Source of the DNA: the human T2T-CHM13v2.0 reference genome, Homo sapiens
Length of the DNA: 64,000 nucleotides
Strand: one strand, 5' to 3'
NCBI RefSeq assembly: GCF_009914755.1
Contig: NC_060937.1
The notes beneath the pieces were generated by a model. It had not been told where the DNA came from, did no database searches, and was given only the letters and a program-made list of their open reading frames with translations. A program made the position numbers and the translations under genes. This document shows, piece by piece, positions 1 through 12,790 of this stretch. The first letter of the stretch is position 1. Each line of letters begins with the position of its first letter.

Positions 1-410
1 TCTTCATAGTCTGGGCTTATTTGTACCCTTACTTCTTGGGAATGCTTTCCAGATGTTTAAAAGGACTGGTGTGTTGTGATCTAAGCTGCATCTGCATCTG
101 CCTGAGGGGGCACATAAGCCCAGTAATGCTGTTTTTGTTTTTTTTTTTCCAGACTAGTAGAGATACTAACTTGATGGTCTTGGACACAATTTGGAAGAAT
201 TTTCTGGATTACCAAGAAGAAAAGCTCGTTCTCTTTCCTTATTTTCTCCCAAACAGTCTCTCCTTCTCTCTGTTCTGAGCCACCTGAAGCTGGGGGGTAG
301 AGTGACACAAGCACCACTACCACCAGGATTTTGCTGAGTTAGATCTAAAGCCAGTCCAGCACTGGGTCTCACACAAGGCCTGCAGTAACCACTCCTTGGC
401 TACCACGTAT
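1..410 (-). mobile_element. Old L1M 5'-region fragment (antisense)
   Basis: ctgggcttatttgtaccctt...gatctaagctgcatctgca...cctgaagctggggg resembles the antisense 5' region of L1M subfamilies; boundaries approximate. Confidence 0.65.
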
Positions 411-420
411 TTTTTTTTTC

Positions 421-1390
421 GAGAAACCTCCATAGTGTTCTCCATAGTGGCTTTATTTATTTCCTTTCCAACTGACATCGTATAAGAGTTCATCTCTCTA
501 TGTATTTTTGCCAGCATTCACGATTGCCTGTCTTTTGCATAAAAGCCATTTAAACTGCAGTGACATGACATTTCATGGTAGTTTTTATTTGCATTTCTAT
601 GATGATCAACAATGTTGAGTATTTTTTATATACCTGTTAGCCATTTGTATGTCTTCTTTTGAGAAATGTCAATTCAGATCTTTTGCCCATTTTTCAAACA
701 TATTATTTTTTCCTTTTGAGATGTTTGTGCTCTTTATATTGAGTTGTTTGAGCTCATTTTAACTATTCATCCCCTGTCAGATGGATAGTTTCCAAATGTT
801 TTTTTCCTCATTGCATGGGTATTCTCTTAACTTTATTGGTTGTTTTCTTTGCTGTGCCAAATCTTTTTAGCTTGGTATGATTCCTTTTTCCATTTTTGGT
901 TTGGCTTCAAGTGCTTTTGAGGTCTTAATCAAGAAATCTTGGCCAAGATCAATGTCTTGTAGTGTTTCCCAATATTTTCTTCTAATATAATTTCATAGTT
1001 TTAGGTCTTAGATTTAAGTCTTTAATACATTTTGACTTGAGTTTTGCATATGGTGAGAGATAAGGGTCTAGTTTCATTCTTCTGCATGTGGATATCCAAT
1101 TTTCCCAGCAGCATTTATTGAAGAGATTGTCCTTTCCTCAGAATATGCTGTAGACTTTGTTGAATATGAGTTGACAGTAAATGAGTAAATTTATTTCTGG
1201 GTTCTCTATTGTGTTCCATTGTTCTATGTGTCTAACATTATGCCAGTACCATGCTATTTTGGTTACTAGAGCATTGTAGTACAATTTGAAGTCAGGCAAT
1301 GTGATGCCTCCAGCTTTGTTCTTTTTGGTCTGGATGGCTTCAGATATTGTGTGTCTTTGGTAGTTCTATATAAATTTTAGGGTTAGTTTT
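421..1390 (-). mobile_element. L1MA/L1PB-type ORF2 3' fragment (antisense)
   Basis: Typical antisense L1 phrases: gccatttgtatgtcttcttttgagaaatgtc, tatggtgagagataagggtctagtttcattcttctgcatgtggatatcc, gatgcctccagctttgttc. Confidence 0.9.
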
Positions 1391-1424
1391 AAACTGAATG
1401 TCTTCCTGACTTGGTTTCCTGCTG

Positions 1425-1781
1425 ATATACTATGCAGCCATAAAAAAAGGATAAGTTCATGTCCTTTGCAGGGACTTGGATGAAGCTGGAAACCATCATT
1501 CTCAGCAAACTATCACAAGAACAGAAAACCAAACACCACGTATTCTCACTTGTAAGTGGGAGTTGAACAATGAGAATACATGGGCATAGGGAAGGGAATA
1601 TCACACACTGGGGCCTGTCAGGGGGTGAGGGGCTAGGGGAGAAATAACATTAGGAGAAATATTCAATGTAGGTGACGGGTTGATGGGTGTAGCAAAGCAC
1701 CATGGCACGTGTATACCTATGTAACAAAACTTCTCATTCTGCACATGTACCCCAGAACCTAAAGTATAATTTTTAAAAAAA
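1425..1781 (+). mobile_element. L1PA (about PA7-PA8) 3' end, 5'-truncated
   Basis: atgcagccataaaaaaaggataagttcatgtcctttgcagggac...tgcacatgtaccccagaacctaaagtataat followed by an A-rich tail. Confidence 0.92.
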
Positions 1782-2039
1782 TTCTATACAACAAAGAGAA
1801 CATTTAAAAGTTCATCCAATTTTCTTCACAGTGTAAAGCACATAATGTCCTTTGATGTGTGGAAGTCAGAGAATACAACATCTATGAGATTTTTTCTAAA
1901 TAATAAAACAATAAAACAAACTTTTAATTCAACAAGGATGAGAATTCTTAAAAAATCTGAGAAGTAGGAAAACATGATAAAATTCTATCTTTTTATATAA
2001 TTTTTTTTCATGATAAAAGTTCTAGTTTAGATTTCTAAT

Positions 2040-2310
2040 TTTCGAGATGGAGTCTTGCTCTGTTGCTCAGGCTGGAGTGCAGATGTAAGATCTCAGCTCA
2101 CTGCAATCTCCACCTCCCTGGTTGAAGCGATTTGCCCAGTAGCTGGGATTACAGGCACTGACCACCCCACCTGGCTAGTTTTTGTGTTTTTAGTAGAGAC
2201 AGGGTTTCGCCATGTTAGCCAGGCTGTCTCGTACTCTTGACCTTAGGTGATCTGCCTTCCTCGGCCTCTCCAAGTGCTGGGATTACAGGCGTGAGCCACC
2301 ATTCCCAGCC
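2040..2310 (-). mobile_element. AluS (antisense, small internal deletion)
   Basis: gagatggagtcttgctctgttgctcaggctggagtgcag...gtgctgggattacaggcgtgagccacc. Confidence 0.95.
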
Positions 2311-2595
2311 TAGAAATTTTTATAATCTAAATATTTTACTAAGACCAAGCACACTGATGAGAATCAAGTCATCAAAAGATAATAAGTTTAACAGTTGTAA
2401 ATTTTAAAATGATGACATAATTATAGAAAATGGGAAAATCGGAAGAAGACAGTAGAAAGGCTAAGCATGCCAACTATATTATTTATTTTAATGGAGGGAG
2501 AATCAATTTCATCTATGTGAAATTCACATGTACATTAAAAAGATTATTACTTTAAAATGTTCATGGTTTATGTAATATTTTGTTTATTTGTTAAT

Positions 2596-2705
2596 TTTGA
2601 GATGGGGTCTCACGCTGTCACCCCAGCTGGAGTGCTGTGGCACTATCTTGACTCACTGCAGACTCGACCTCCCAGCTCCAGCGATCTTCCTACACTGGCT
2701 TCTCT
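2596..2705 (-). mobile_element. Alu monomer (FLAM/AluJ fragment)
   Basis: gagatggggtctcacgctgtcaccccagctggagtgc...gcgatcttcctacactggct. Confidence 0.8.
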
Positions 2706-2905
2706 ATCACCTAGCATCAGCGTCCTGCCAATATCTCTAGCTGTACTCACAAAATTAATATAACGGTAATTCTGGGAAAAGTGATTATGAATATTAAATT
2801 TTAATTTGCCACTATTTCAAAGACTTTTATCAACTTGCATTTTTTTTCAATACTGTTTGCCCCAGCATTTTTTGTCCTCAAATGTGGCCCCTGAAAATCT
2901 GTAGT

Positions 2906-3062
2906 AGGCAGTACACCAGTGGGGACTCTGTGTGGGGGCTCCCACCCCCCCCGCATTTCCCTTCCACACTGCCCTAGCAGAGGTTCTCCAATAGGGCTCT
3001 GCCCCTGCAGCACACCTTTACCTGAACATCCAGGCATTTCTATACATCCTCTGAAATCTAGG
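2906..3062 (-). mobile_element. Orphan MaLR internal fragment (THE1/MST-int)
   Basis: ccagtggggactctgtgtgggggctcc...cactgccctagcagaggttctcca...catcctctgaaatctagg is the antisense THE1/MST internal sequence; no adjacent MaLR LTR. Confidence 0.85.
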
Positions 3063-4746
3063 TGTTAGCTAATTGGTTTTATCTAAATCACTCGTATCCT
3101 TATGACAGGAGGTAGTTTTGCAAGTTAGAGTCAGTACCTCACCAATGTTAGGCTCCAACCTTCCCACGGAGTCTTGGAGATAGGGACCCTGTCTTTTTTG
3201 ATTACACTTTTATTACATTTCAAATAGTTCTCTCAGTCCTTGAGAAAGTTAATCCTGGGACATAAAGGTGACAAAAGGCCTTATAGTTTTCGAATGAATA
3301 CATATATCCTTTTGAAATATATCCTTTCATGATCGTATATATGAATTATTCATATATACAAAGTATACATATATTTCCCAAGTTGTGGTGGAGATGTATT
3401 TTAAAAAATGCATCATTAGATGATTTTGTCATTATGCAAACATCACAGAATGTACTTACACAAATCTAGATGTTATCACCTATTGCATACCTAGGCTTAT
3501 GGTATAGTCTATTTCTTTTAGGCTACAAAACTTTACAGCCATGTTACTGTACTCAATACCTTGAGCAATTGTAACAAATACTAATTATTTGTGTATCTAA
3601 TATATCTAAACATAGAGAAGATACAATGAAAACATGGCACAAAACATTAAAGTGGTATGTATAGTACATACCATAAGTGGAATTGCTCTGGGTATGTGAA
3701 TAAGTGGTTAGTGAATGGGAAGACCTGGAATATTACTGTACACTCTAGTAGACTTTATAAACACTGCACAATTAAGACTACACTAAATTTATTACAAATA
3801 TTTTACTGAACACTACTATAGGCTTTATAAACACTGTATATTTAGGCAACACTACATATACTGAAAATATTTTTCTCTCATCAGTAATATATTAACCTTA
3901 GCTTACTTTTTATAAACTTTTGAACCTTTGAGTTTTGACTCTTGTAATAACACTGTAGCTTGAAACACAAACACATTGTGCAACTGTACAAAAATTTTTA
4001 TTCGGTAAACTTTTTCTTGTTTTTAATTTTTAAAAATTTTTCTTTAACTTTTTAAGCTTTTTTGTGTTAATAACTAAGGCAAAGACAAGCACATCAGCTT
4101 AGGCCTACACAAGGTCAAGATTATCAATATCACTGTCTTCCACCTCCACATCTTGTCCCACCAGAAGCTCTTCAGGGGCAATAACACACATGGACCTGTC
4201 ATCTCTTATGATAACAATGTCTTCTTCTGGAATCCCTCCTGAAAGACCTGCCTGAGGCTGTTTCACAGTCATTTTTTTATAAGTATAAGCAGTACAATTT
4301 AAAGTAATGAGAAGATATATAGTAAATACATAAACCAGTAACAGTTTATTATTATTATCAAGCATTATGTACAGTACATAATTGCGTGTGCTATACTTTT
4401 ATACAACTGAATGCTCAGGTTTATTTACACCAGCATCACCGCAAACATATGAGGAATGCATTGTGTTGCAACTTTACAACAGCTCTAATGTTACTAGGGA
4501 ATAGTCACTTTTCAGCTTCATAATGTTATGGGATCACTGTCATATTTGCAGCCTGTTGTTGACTGAGTTGTCATTATGCAGTGCATGACTTTATATAGTT
4601 CAGAGGAGAAAATACTTTTTCAAAATACAATTTCAAATTTTTCAAGGTAAAAATCTCTAAGAAAAAGAAGAGAAGGGAACAATTCCCCCTTTCTTTCAGC
4701 AGGAAGAATTAAGGCTTTTATTCTTAATTTGTATTTTCTTTTTACA
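3063..4746 (-). mobile_element. MER34-like ERV1 LTR split by a Tigger insertion
   Basis: 3063-3320 (gatagggaccctgtc...attacatttcaaa...tccttgagaaag) and 4595-4746 (ending ttaatttgtattttctttttaca, the reverse complement of the TGTAA.. LTR start) read as one MER34-type LTR. Confidence 0.7.
3388..4591 (+). mobile_element. Tigger3b (Golem) DNA transposon, near full length
   Basis: gtacttacacaaatctagatg...ctaggctacaaa...gttactgtactcaatac, ending gttgtcattatgcagtgcatgact (3' TIR). ORF 4105-4365 (QPQAGLSGGIPEED..DIDNLD) is its transposase-derived remnant. Confidence 0.9.
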
Positions 4747-4984
4747 AACTATATCATTTGTAGAAATCTTGACATCTTATTGACTCTACTAGAGTTTTCC
4801 TTTATATGTTAGAGACAACTCAGATTTAATGTAGAAAGAGTCATGTAGAGATTAAAGGCTATCATGTTAATCAATGCCCAGCAAAATATAAAGCACACAC
4901 TTTTAAATTTGAGCCTTCTATTACATATCAGGATAATGTAATAAAAGTTAAAGTTATTTTATAGAAAACTTTAACAAAACTTTT

Positions 4985-5820
4985 AAGGATTTACTATGCA
5001 ACAGGTGCTGTCCTAGGGAACAAAGATAGAATTGGCAACAACAACAAAAAATTCTCTCTCTTCATGAAGCTCACATTAATGTTACATAGAAAGACAATAT
5101 ATTTATAAACAATTACATATATCACAATCTTATGCAGCAATAAATGATATATGCAAAATAGCAGAGAAATCAGATCCAGTATAAGGGAATACTAACTTAG
5201 GTAACAGAGCCAGTGAAATCTTTATTGAAAAGATGGCATTTAAAATAGAGATGCAAATTATGTGAGTAAGCAAGTCATACGAATATGTCATCTGAGGATT
5301 AAAGAGGAAGTGCAAGGGACATGAGACAGGATGTATTTGACATGTCATTGCCACACAGTCAGTAAAGAGAAGAGATTAAATTGGAGAATGAATGACAGAT
5401 GATAATATATACGTTTTATATGGTTTCATAGTTTTAAAATTTTTTTCTAATTATAGTGAGAAATCAGAGGATTTTGAACCTAGCATTTACATTACTAATG
5501 ACTTGAAAGGATGACACTACTTATCTTAAGAAAATCAGACTAAAAATGGATTAAATTGCAAGCAGAGAAACTAAACTCTGCCACAACAACCTGGCAAGAA
5601 ATTGAGGAAGGTGAGAATAGTAATTGTGTTGAGAATTGATAGTGTTAAGAAATTATTTTGTGATTCGGGCTAAATACATTTGAGTCAATTTTGATCTGAA
5701 AAAAATGGACACAATTTAAAACCACTTATTGAGTTTAGGATGCAGCATGAATCGCAGGTTTGGAGCAAACATCTACAGTTGGACGTTCCCATGCTAATTT
5801 TGAATTGAGCATGAGATATA
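4985..5820 (-). mobile_element. L2 fragment
   Basis: atttactatgcaacaggtgctgtcctaggg...ctcttcatgaagctcacatt is the antisense L2 3' end; highly diverged. Confidence 0.65.
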
Positions 5821-8065
5821 TAAGGTTAGAATTATTATAATTTTCTCATGGATAATTTTATATGACTTAGAAATATAATTTTTCTAATCTGAAGAATTAT
5901 GAAATTTTGTCACCTTTCTTTATCTTCAAAATGGCCAAAAAGACTTCTAAATGGTAAGTAACTTTTCAGGGTCATATATATACTTAGGGACAGACCATAT
6001 CTCCTAAGACTATATCACTTACCACTACATATAATGCCTACCTACTTTTTTTGAGAAACATCAAGTGTGAGGAGTGGAGATAAACTGAGGACAACATTCA
6101 ATGCTTATGTACACATTTTTTGTCTTAGAAGCTTTTACTTTTATTTAGGATATGTTTTATAGCACACGAGAACATACTATAATGAACTCCCTAATGTTTA
6201 TCTCCCAGTTTCAACAATTTCAACTGCCTGTTAGATATCAGATAGTTCAGTAAACACTAACATAATTTAAATATTATAAGAATAGTGCTTTTTACTTATT
6301 ATTTATTTAAACTATAGTTTCTGAATGAGGAACTGATTTTTCCTAAGTCATAGATTTAACTGGTTGATCCAGACTCTAGCATAGATCTGATGCCAAAAAA
6401 AAAAAAAAAATGTTTCCTTGGCAACGTTTTGAAATAATGTGTCTGGCAAATATAAAGAAATATATGTATTGTGTGGTTGTAGATGGAGAGAGGAAGAAAA
6501 AGTGAAGGAGGAAGAGAAAGAAGGAAGAGGAAAATCAGGATGACATAACAGGAAGAAGTTTCAAAAATGTTATAAAGATTGTATAGTTGAAATTACTGTT
6601 TATTCAAAAATGTGCCTTCTGATTTGTTTGAATATAATGAAACTTTCGAAAAAATGTATTGAAATTGATATCACATTTAGATACGGTTATTAAAATAAAT
6701 TGTAAAAAATACTTTTAAACAAATTTGGAATTCATTACAATTATTTGTTATTAGATTAATGAATCATAGATACAAGTTTTGTTATTATGTACTGATGATA
6801 TAAAGTGGTTTGATAAAATACTATCTCTGTGTATGTATAGCAAATCTAAAAAGATAATTTGTATTTTTAATAAATAAGACAAAGGTTCACCTTCTACCTT
6901 GAAAAAAAGATGTTTAAAACATGTTAAAGAGAGCACTGAAGGTTTTTGAGCTATTTTGAAAATTTATCTCTGCATATTTTCTTCATTTCTAGTTTCATGT
7001 TAACTTTCAAATTACAATTAATATAAAATAAATATATTATGGAAAAAAATTCAAACTTTATGTAGACAGTGACCTACATTTTTAATCATAAAATGGAACT
7101 TAAAATTTAAATTTTACACTATTGAAAGAAAAATTAATTATAGATTTCTATTTCTTCTTTATAAGATACTTGAAGAAACAAGTCATGAAAATGTTAATAA
7201 TTTCTGGAAAATTATATATTATTATGTCAGAGTCTAGATTAAAAACAAAAATTCTACATGAGCCCATAGAATTTAAATTAAACTATTTCCATCTGGAGAA
7301 TTTCTTTGACTAGTCATAGAAATTGACATTATCACCAGACAGGATGACAGACATTTTGGATGCTGTTATGGGATGAATGTTGGTGTTATAGCTTGAAGTT
7401 CTGATACTCAATGTGATTGTATTTGAAGATGGAGCCACTGAGACATAAACATAATTATCCTTGTTTTCTGATAAAATAAATTTAAAAATTAGCAAAGTTA
7501 AGTACATTTTTCAATGTCGGGACAAGTGGGTGGCAACGCTTGGATTCAGTATTTTATTTTACTGAATTCCAAAACTTTACTATATAAGGCTACTGTTTAG
7601 GGAGTGTTAGGGAAGTAGCCCATGCATCAAGTACTCATCATCTTCAATGAGGGAGAGCCCTCCACACCCTTGTACCTCCACTATACCATGCCTCTTCAGG
7701 GACATTTTCTGCCGTCTTTTCTTCTTCCCCCTCACATATAATTGAAAACTTAATTCTTCACCTTTACCTCAATCTAAACTAAACAGTTTAGGATTTCCAA
7801 CACAGTCATCACATTTTCATTTAGTTTTTGCTAATATAAATTGTCCTTATATCATCTTGAAATATGATATTTCTTTTTCATTTCTATGACCTAAAACCCT
7901 TTCAATGAAAGTGGTGGAAGATAGTAAGAGACACAGTTATGTTAATGGATTGTGCTATCTCTTTCTTCCTTCTTTTATCAATTGTCTAGATATGCTTTCT
8001 AAATTATATCATATATTTTATCCTTGTCATTATGCCACCTTCAATTTGTAATGAAAATAAAATAA

Positions 8066-8089
8066 ATATATATATATATATATATATAT
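8066..8089. repeat. (TA)n microsatellite
   Basis: Uninterrupted tatata run. Confidence 0.95.
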
Positions 8090-8420
8090 TTGACAATAAA
8101 TCTGACTTAATTCATTCACTGGTATATATTTTAGTTTCTCATTGTCATTGTTTGTATATTTAAACTCAGGAAATAATTTCTGGTACCCCAAGTAGTCTTG
8201 AGATTGAGCCTAAGAACTTCAGAGAACATATGGACATGAGTCATGATCCATACCCTAAGCAGCTAAGAAACTGTCCTAACACAACCCTGGGAGAAGAATG
8301 GTTAGTTCTTTCCAGAGGGTAACTAAGAATGACTCCACACTCATAGAAAACAGGAAAGGATACAGGTAAGAGAACAAGTAATAAACATCTACAAACAGAA
8401 AATAAGATCAACAGTCCTCT

Positions 8421-8757
8421 TTGGTAGATTATTTTATTAATGGCATACATTTCCTGCTTCTCTCTGGGAAAGGATTATTCTTCCCTGGCCATCAAGAAAG
8501 GCTCGGTCATGTTACTTGATTGGATCTATAAAATGTGAAGGAAAATGAGATATTTAACTTCTGAGCAATGCAATTTAAAGCTTTGCCATGGGAAGTTAGA
8601 TCCCTTGCTTGGGTTCTAGAATAAAGACGATATGGAAAGGATATGTACTGATCCTTCAAAAATAAGTAACATAAGAGCAAAATAAAAATTTGTATAAATC
8701 ATGTAGATGTTGGGATCATTTTTACTACAGCATAAACCAGGTGTCTTTGATTGATAA
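8421..8757 (+). mobile_element. Old MLT1 (I/J-like) MaLR LTR
   Basis: tggtagattatt...ggtcatgttacttgattgg...aaaatgtgaaggaaaatga...actacagcataa...tgattgata pattern. Confidence 0.6.
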
Positions 8758-9149
8758 GTCTTCATGCATATTACTCCCAGGATGCTGGGGCATAGCTTAT
8801 GCTTTCCAGGAAAAAGATTATAACACATTAGTCTGAGGATTTTGATAAGTCACGGACAAAAGACCTAAAGAATCTGCCAGTCAGGAATATTCAAGCAAAT
8901 CACTAAAATCAGTTGATGAATCTTAGTAGATGACTCTGAAACTTCTAAAAGCAAATTACAGTATTTCCCACAGAAAAACAACAAATTAAAATCTCAAGTA
9001 ACTTACACATAGACTTTCAACAAATATAAGATTACACAAACACATGCACACACACCTGCAAACAACTCTAATAAGTGTGTTCCGCAGGAATAATAAAAGA
9101 ACTTCTCAGTAGCTCTCTAAAACCCTACCCTTAAATAGGAACAAGCAAG

Positions 9150-9640
9150 CAAGAATAACCAGAAGTTACAGGCAGGTGTTTAACATGACATACAGAATCT
9201 ACAATAAACAGGTGGAAAGAAATTTAATAAGAATTTAGAAGTTATTCTTTGAAAAAATTTAGAGACCCTAATTAATATATTCAAAGGTAAAATAAAATTA
9301 CTGGCTATGTGATTCAGTAAAAATAATATTATAAAAAGAAGTGTGCAAAGACTAAGATAGAATCTTAAAAATTATGATAAATTCAAAAGCAATGAAATTA
9401 CTAAAATAGAGTAGAAGAAATAAACATAAATAATAATTAGAAGAGAAAGTTTAAATAAATTACAGAATCAATTGAGAGATCCAACATCTGAATAATAGGA
9501 GTTTCAGAAAGAGAAAACAGAGTAAAAGGAAGGAATAAATTATCAAGGAAATAATGGAAGACATTTTTAAAGAATGCAATAATTTCAATGTTCTAATAGA
9601 AGGAGCTGATGGATTAATCAGCACAAATACTATAAAAAAG
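9150..9640 (+). mobile_element. Ancient L1ME/HAL1 ORF1-like fragment
   Basis: agagatccaacatctgaataataggagtttcagaaagagaaaacagag...aaggaaataatggaagac resembles the RSNI..IGV.E region of L1 ORF1. Confidence 0.65.
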
Positions 9641-10231
9641 TTTAATTTCTAGCTTTCCTATAGGCTAAAAATATTGAAGGATTCTTGCTGCAAAGCCCTA
9701 ATAATTAGTGCTAGAGAAAATAAAATATTAAAATGGTTAATGGTGCTTTAAATAAAATAACAGAATTTATTTCTGAAATCAGTAAAAACTGTGATCAAGA
9801 ATACCAAGAAATGAGAACTCTCAGGTTATCTATGCATTATTAGTTTTAAATGGCCTCACATCATTTGCTTTGACACTGCTAAGTTCAGAAGATACTTGGT
9901 ACTCTTGAGTTATCTATGCTTTGGTTCATGGATATATAAAGTAAGAAAGTTATTGAACCCACACACAGTAGGCCTAATTATAAATCATACTGCATAGAAT
10001 TGGAACTCAGAAAAACTGACATGGAAAAAGTGAAGTAAAAAAAAAAAATACATATTTAGCAGTGGTGTTCAGCAGAGAACTTGTCTCAATCTTCATTCTG
10101 GCAGGAAGTTGAAAAGTAGTCATCCATAAGAATTCATGACCAATGATGTCCTGACACGTGGTTTGCCGGTTTGAGTATTTGGCATTTGTACTTTAAAAAC
10201 TGAATGTTAAATATGTTAATTGAACATTGAC

Positions 10232-10649
10232 TGTCAAAACAGAGGCAAGTAGATATTAAAGTGGTGAAGACAAATTTTACTCAGGACTATTGCAATAGAA
10301 AAAAGATACTCCAGTATAGAACTGGTCTCTATTCTGAATACAGCAGGAACAAGTGGGGATTTATAGCCAAGGAGAAGGAGGGTCGATGGATGGAAAACTG
10401 CTAAAAGAAGACATGAATTCTGGGGGAAATTCTGGCTGGACTAACCTAAAGGTGTCCTGCTGAAAGCAATCCAGGTGATCAGATACCGATGGTGGGGCAT
10501 GAGAAGTGTTAATCAGAGGATGATTATGTATGAAGGGTGAAAGATTTTTTATTTTATCTAAAACTGGAGTTTACAAGGAAGTACACAGGTGAGACTAAGA
10601 GAAGGTTTAGAAGCCTGACTAAATTTTGGTAGAGCAAAGAATCTTTGCC
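10232..10649 (-). mobile_element. MER67-like ERV1 solo LTR
   Basis: Ends acaaggaagtacacag...agaaggtttagaagcctgactaaattttggtagagcaaagaatctttgcca, and contains aagtggggatttatagccaagg. Confidence 0.8.
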
Positions 10650-11074
10650 AAGACCTAAGTATCTCATCAACCAAAAAATGGAAATAGTTCCAGAGAAAAG
10701 CGTCCTCAATTAAGTCATTATGTATTCCCATAAATAGCTTTCCAACAAACAGGAATCAGAAATAAACACAGACACACAACATGCAAAATGTACAAAAAAA
10801 AAGCAAGTATTCAGAGAAGAGAATTAGAAAGAATAGAAACAATGAAACTACACTAGCAAAGATCACAGATATTTGAATTACTGGAAACAGAACATAAATA
10901 AGTATATATATATAATAAGTTCAGAGAAATAAAGTGTAAATCAAACAAATGAGAAAGGATTAAGAGACTAGTAGAAATCGGCAGCAGATATGAAAAGAAA
11001 TTAAAATTTTAGAGTCTCAACCAAACCTTTGAGCAGAAAGTCCCCATCCTTGATTAAATCGTTGCCTTCAGGCT

Positions 11075-11697
11075 CTGGCAAAGTGAAACAAATCTGAACA
11101 CTAGTTAAAAGCCATAGGCAGATTATATTTATCACTACTGCAGTGGGGGAGGGGCTTCAGGGAACCCAAACTCAGCTCTGTCAAAGAAAAAGATGTGAGG
11201 CCATTTAAACAACAGGCTGTACTAAAGGAGAAGTATTGGTGGACATTAAGGGATGATTAGGCCATGTTTGCTACCCAGTGCTTGTTGAAGTTAAACCTCT
11301 GCCCTCTCACAGAAACTGGGAGTTACTGTTCTTATCCTTCCTTCAGATTACATTTCAAACAAATAGCTTCCAAGTTTTTGAAAAAGGCATTCCTTCATTG
11401 TAGAAAATATGTAACTTTCTCTAAGGGACAGAGAAAGATTTAAAATGGAAAGTTTCTTAAAAGCAAATACTTCCAGAAAAGGGAAGCCGAAGCCTATTAT
11501 CATGTTTGGACTGGAACAAACTGAGTTCTTTTGGAAGTACTGAGCTTCTCAGGCAGAAACTTAAGGGGTGGAGCAGGGCTGGGTCATCTCAAGGACAGGG
11601 CTTTAGGCTGCTAGAAGCCACACTAGAGTTTGATTAAGTCTCTTAGAGCAGAGGGTTGAATGGAGTCCTTTGTGCCAGGAGGTTTTTCAGTTCTCAG
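11075..11697 (-). mobile_element. MER39-like ERV1 solo LTR
   Basis: ctggaacaaac...gagcttctcaggcag...ggctgctagaagccacactagagtttg...aagtctcttag...cagttctca. Confidence 0.8.
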
Positions 11698-11849
11698 TTG
11701 GCTTTCATTTTCTGAGCTTTTATTTCCCAGGTCAAGATAAAGGTTGAGAAAAAAAAAAAAAAAAGTTTCTAGTTCTACCCTGAATGAATATATCATGTCT
11801 TATAGCTACAAGACAAGTTTTCTGAATAAAATCAGTTTTTAATTTTATG

Positions 11850-12010
11850 GGTGGCTGGAATAAAATGAAGATTGAATTCAACAACACTTCCAGGTCTCTT
11901 ATGTCAAATTTAGGGCATTGTTCAGTAAAGAAAGGAAGCCAAAGAAAAGAAAAAGAGGTGTTTGGATGTATTCCAATAAATCCAAGTATGTTGATCCCTT
12001 GATCCCTTTT
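11850..12010 (+). mobile_element. ERVL internal (gag-region) fragment
   Basis: ttgaattc...ccaggtctcttatgtcaaatttagggcattg resembles HERVL/ERVL gag; very diverged. Confidence 0.5.
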
Positions 12011-12669
12011 ATATTCCTTTTTCAGTGGAACAGCACTCCCTCCACGTTCTGAAGACTGTAATAGGCTTCATTGCTGGAACAGCTTATGATGTTTCTGTAG
12101 CCATACTCTTTTTTCTTATCAACCTGTAGTTCACGCCCACTTTTAGTTTTCTCCACATGACTTGGTTTGGGAAACAGAATATTGCAGACTTGCAATGCAG
12201 TCAGAAAGATGAAAAAGTTCTTTCTCATTTCCATTTTTTCCTTTGTTCCTTTGGATTTACCATTAAAACATGTTCATACTCATTATCTTAAGGAAGAGGA
12301 ACCATGTGAAGCAGAACTATGTTGTCTCAGTCAAGGCCATCCTAAGTAGTCATCCTCATCCTACACACCAGCTGACTGAGAATCAGAGACAAGTCCAAAT
12401 CAGGCTAGAATAGTGTACAAAACTGCTGTTGCTGGTCCTACTGAAAAAGAAGCTGGGATATGTGTAAAAAGCATACTGATGTAATATTTGAGATGTAACC
12501 TTGCCAGCGTATTAATAAATATATCTTTCTCCTAAATTAAGAGGCTTAGCTTAAGTGATATGTAGGGTAAGTGCTATGCCCAAGATGTTACATTTAGTTT
12601 GCTTCGTATACATTTTAGTGCTAAAAATAGAAAGCAAAAAACAAAAACAAAAAAGAGAAATCTCCCATA

Positions 12670-12790
12670 TTTCTCTTTTTCCCATCTTTCTTTGTCTCCT
12701 CTCTTTTTTTTCTCCCTTCTTTCCTTTCTTCCTTCTTCCGTTTCTTCCCTTTTTCCATCCCTTCCCTTTTCTTGTTTCTTTCTTTCAGTT
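12670..12790. repeat. Pyrimidine-rich (CT/TTC) low-complexity tract
   Basis: About 120 bp almost entirely C/T; explains the F/L/S-rich and K/E/R-rich ORFs here. Confidence 0.85.
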
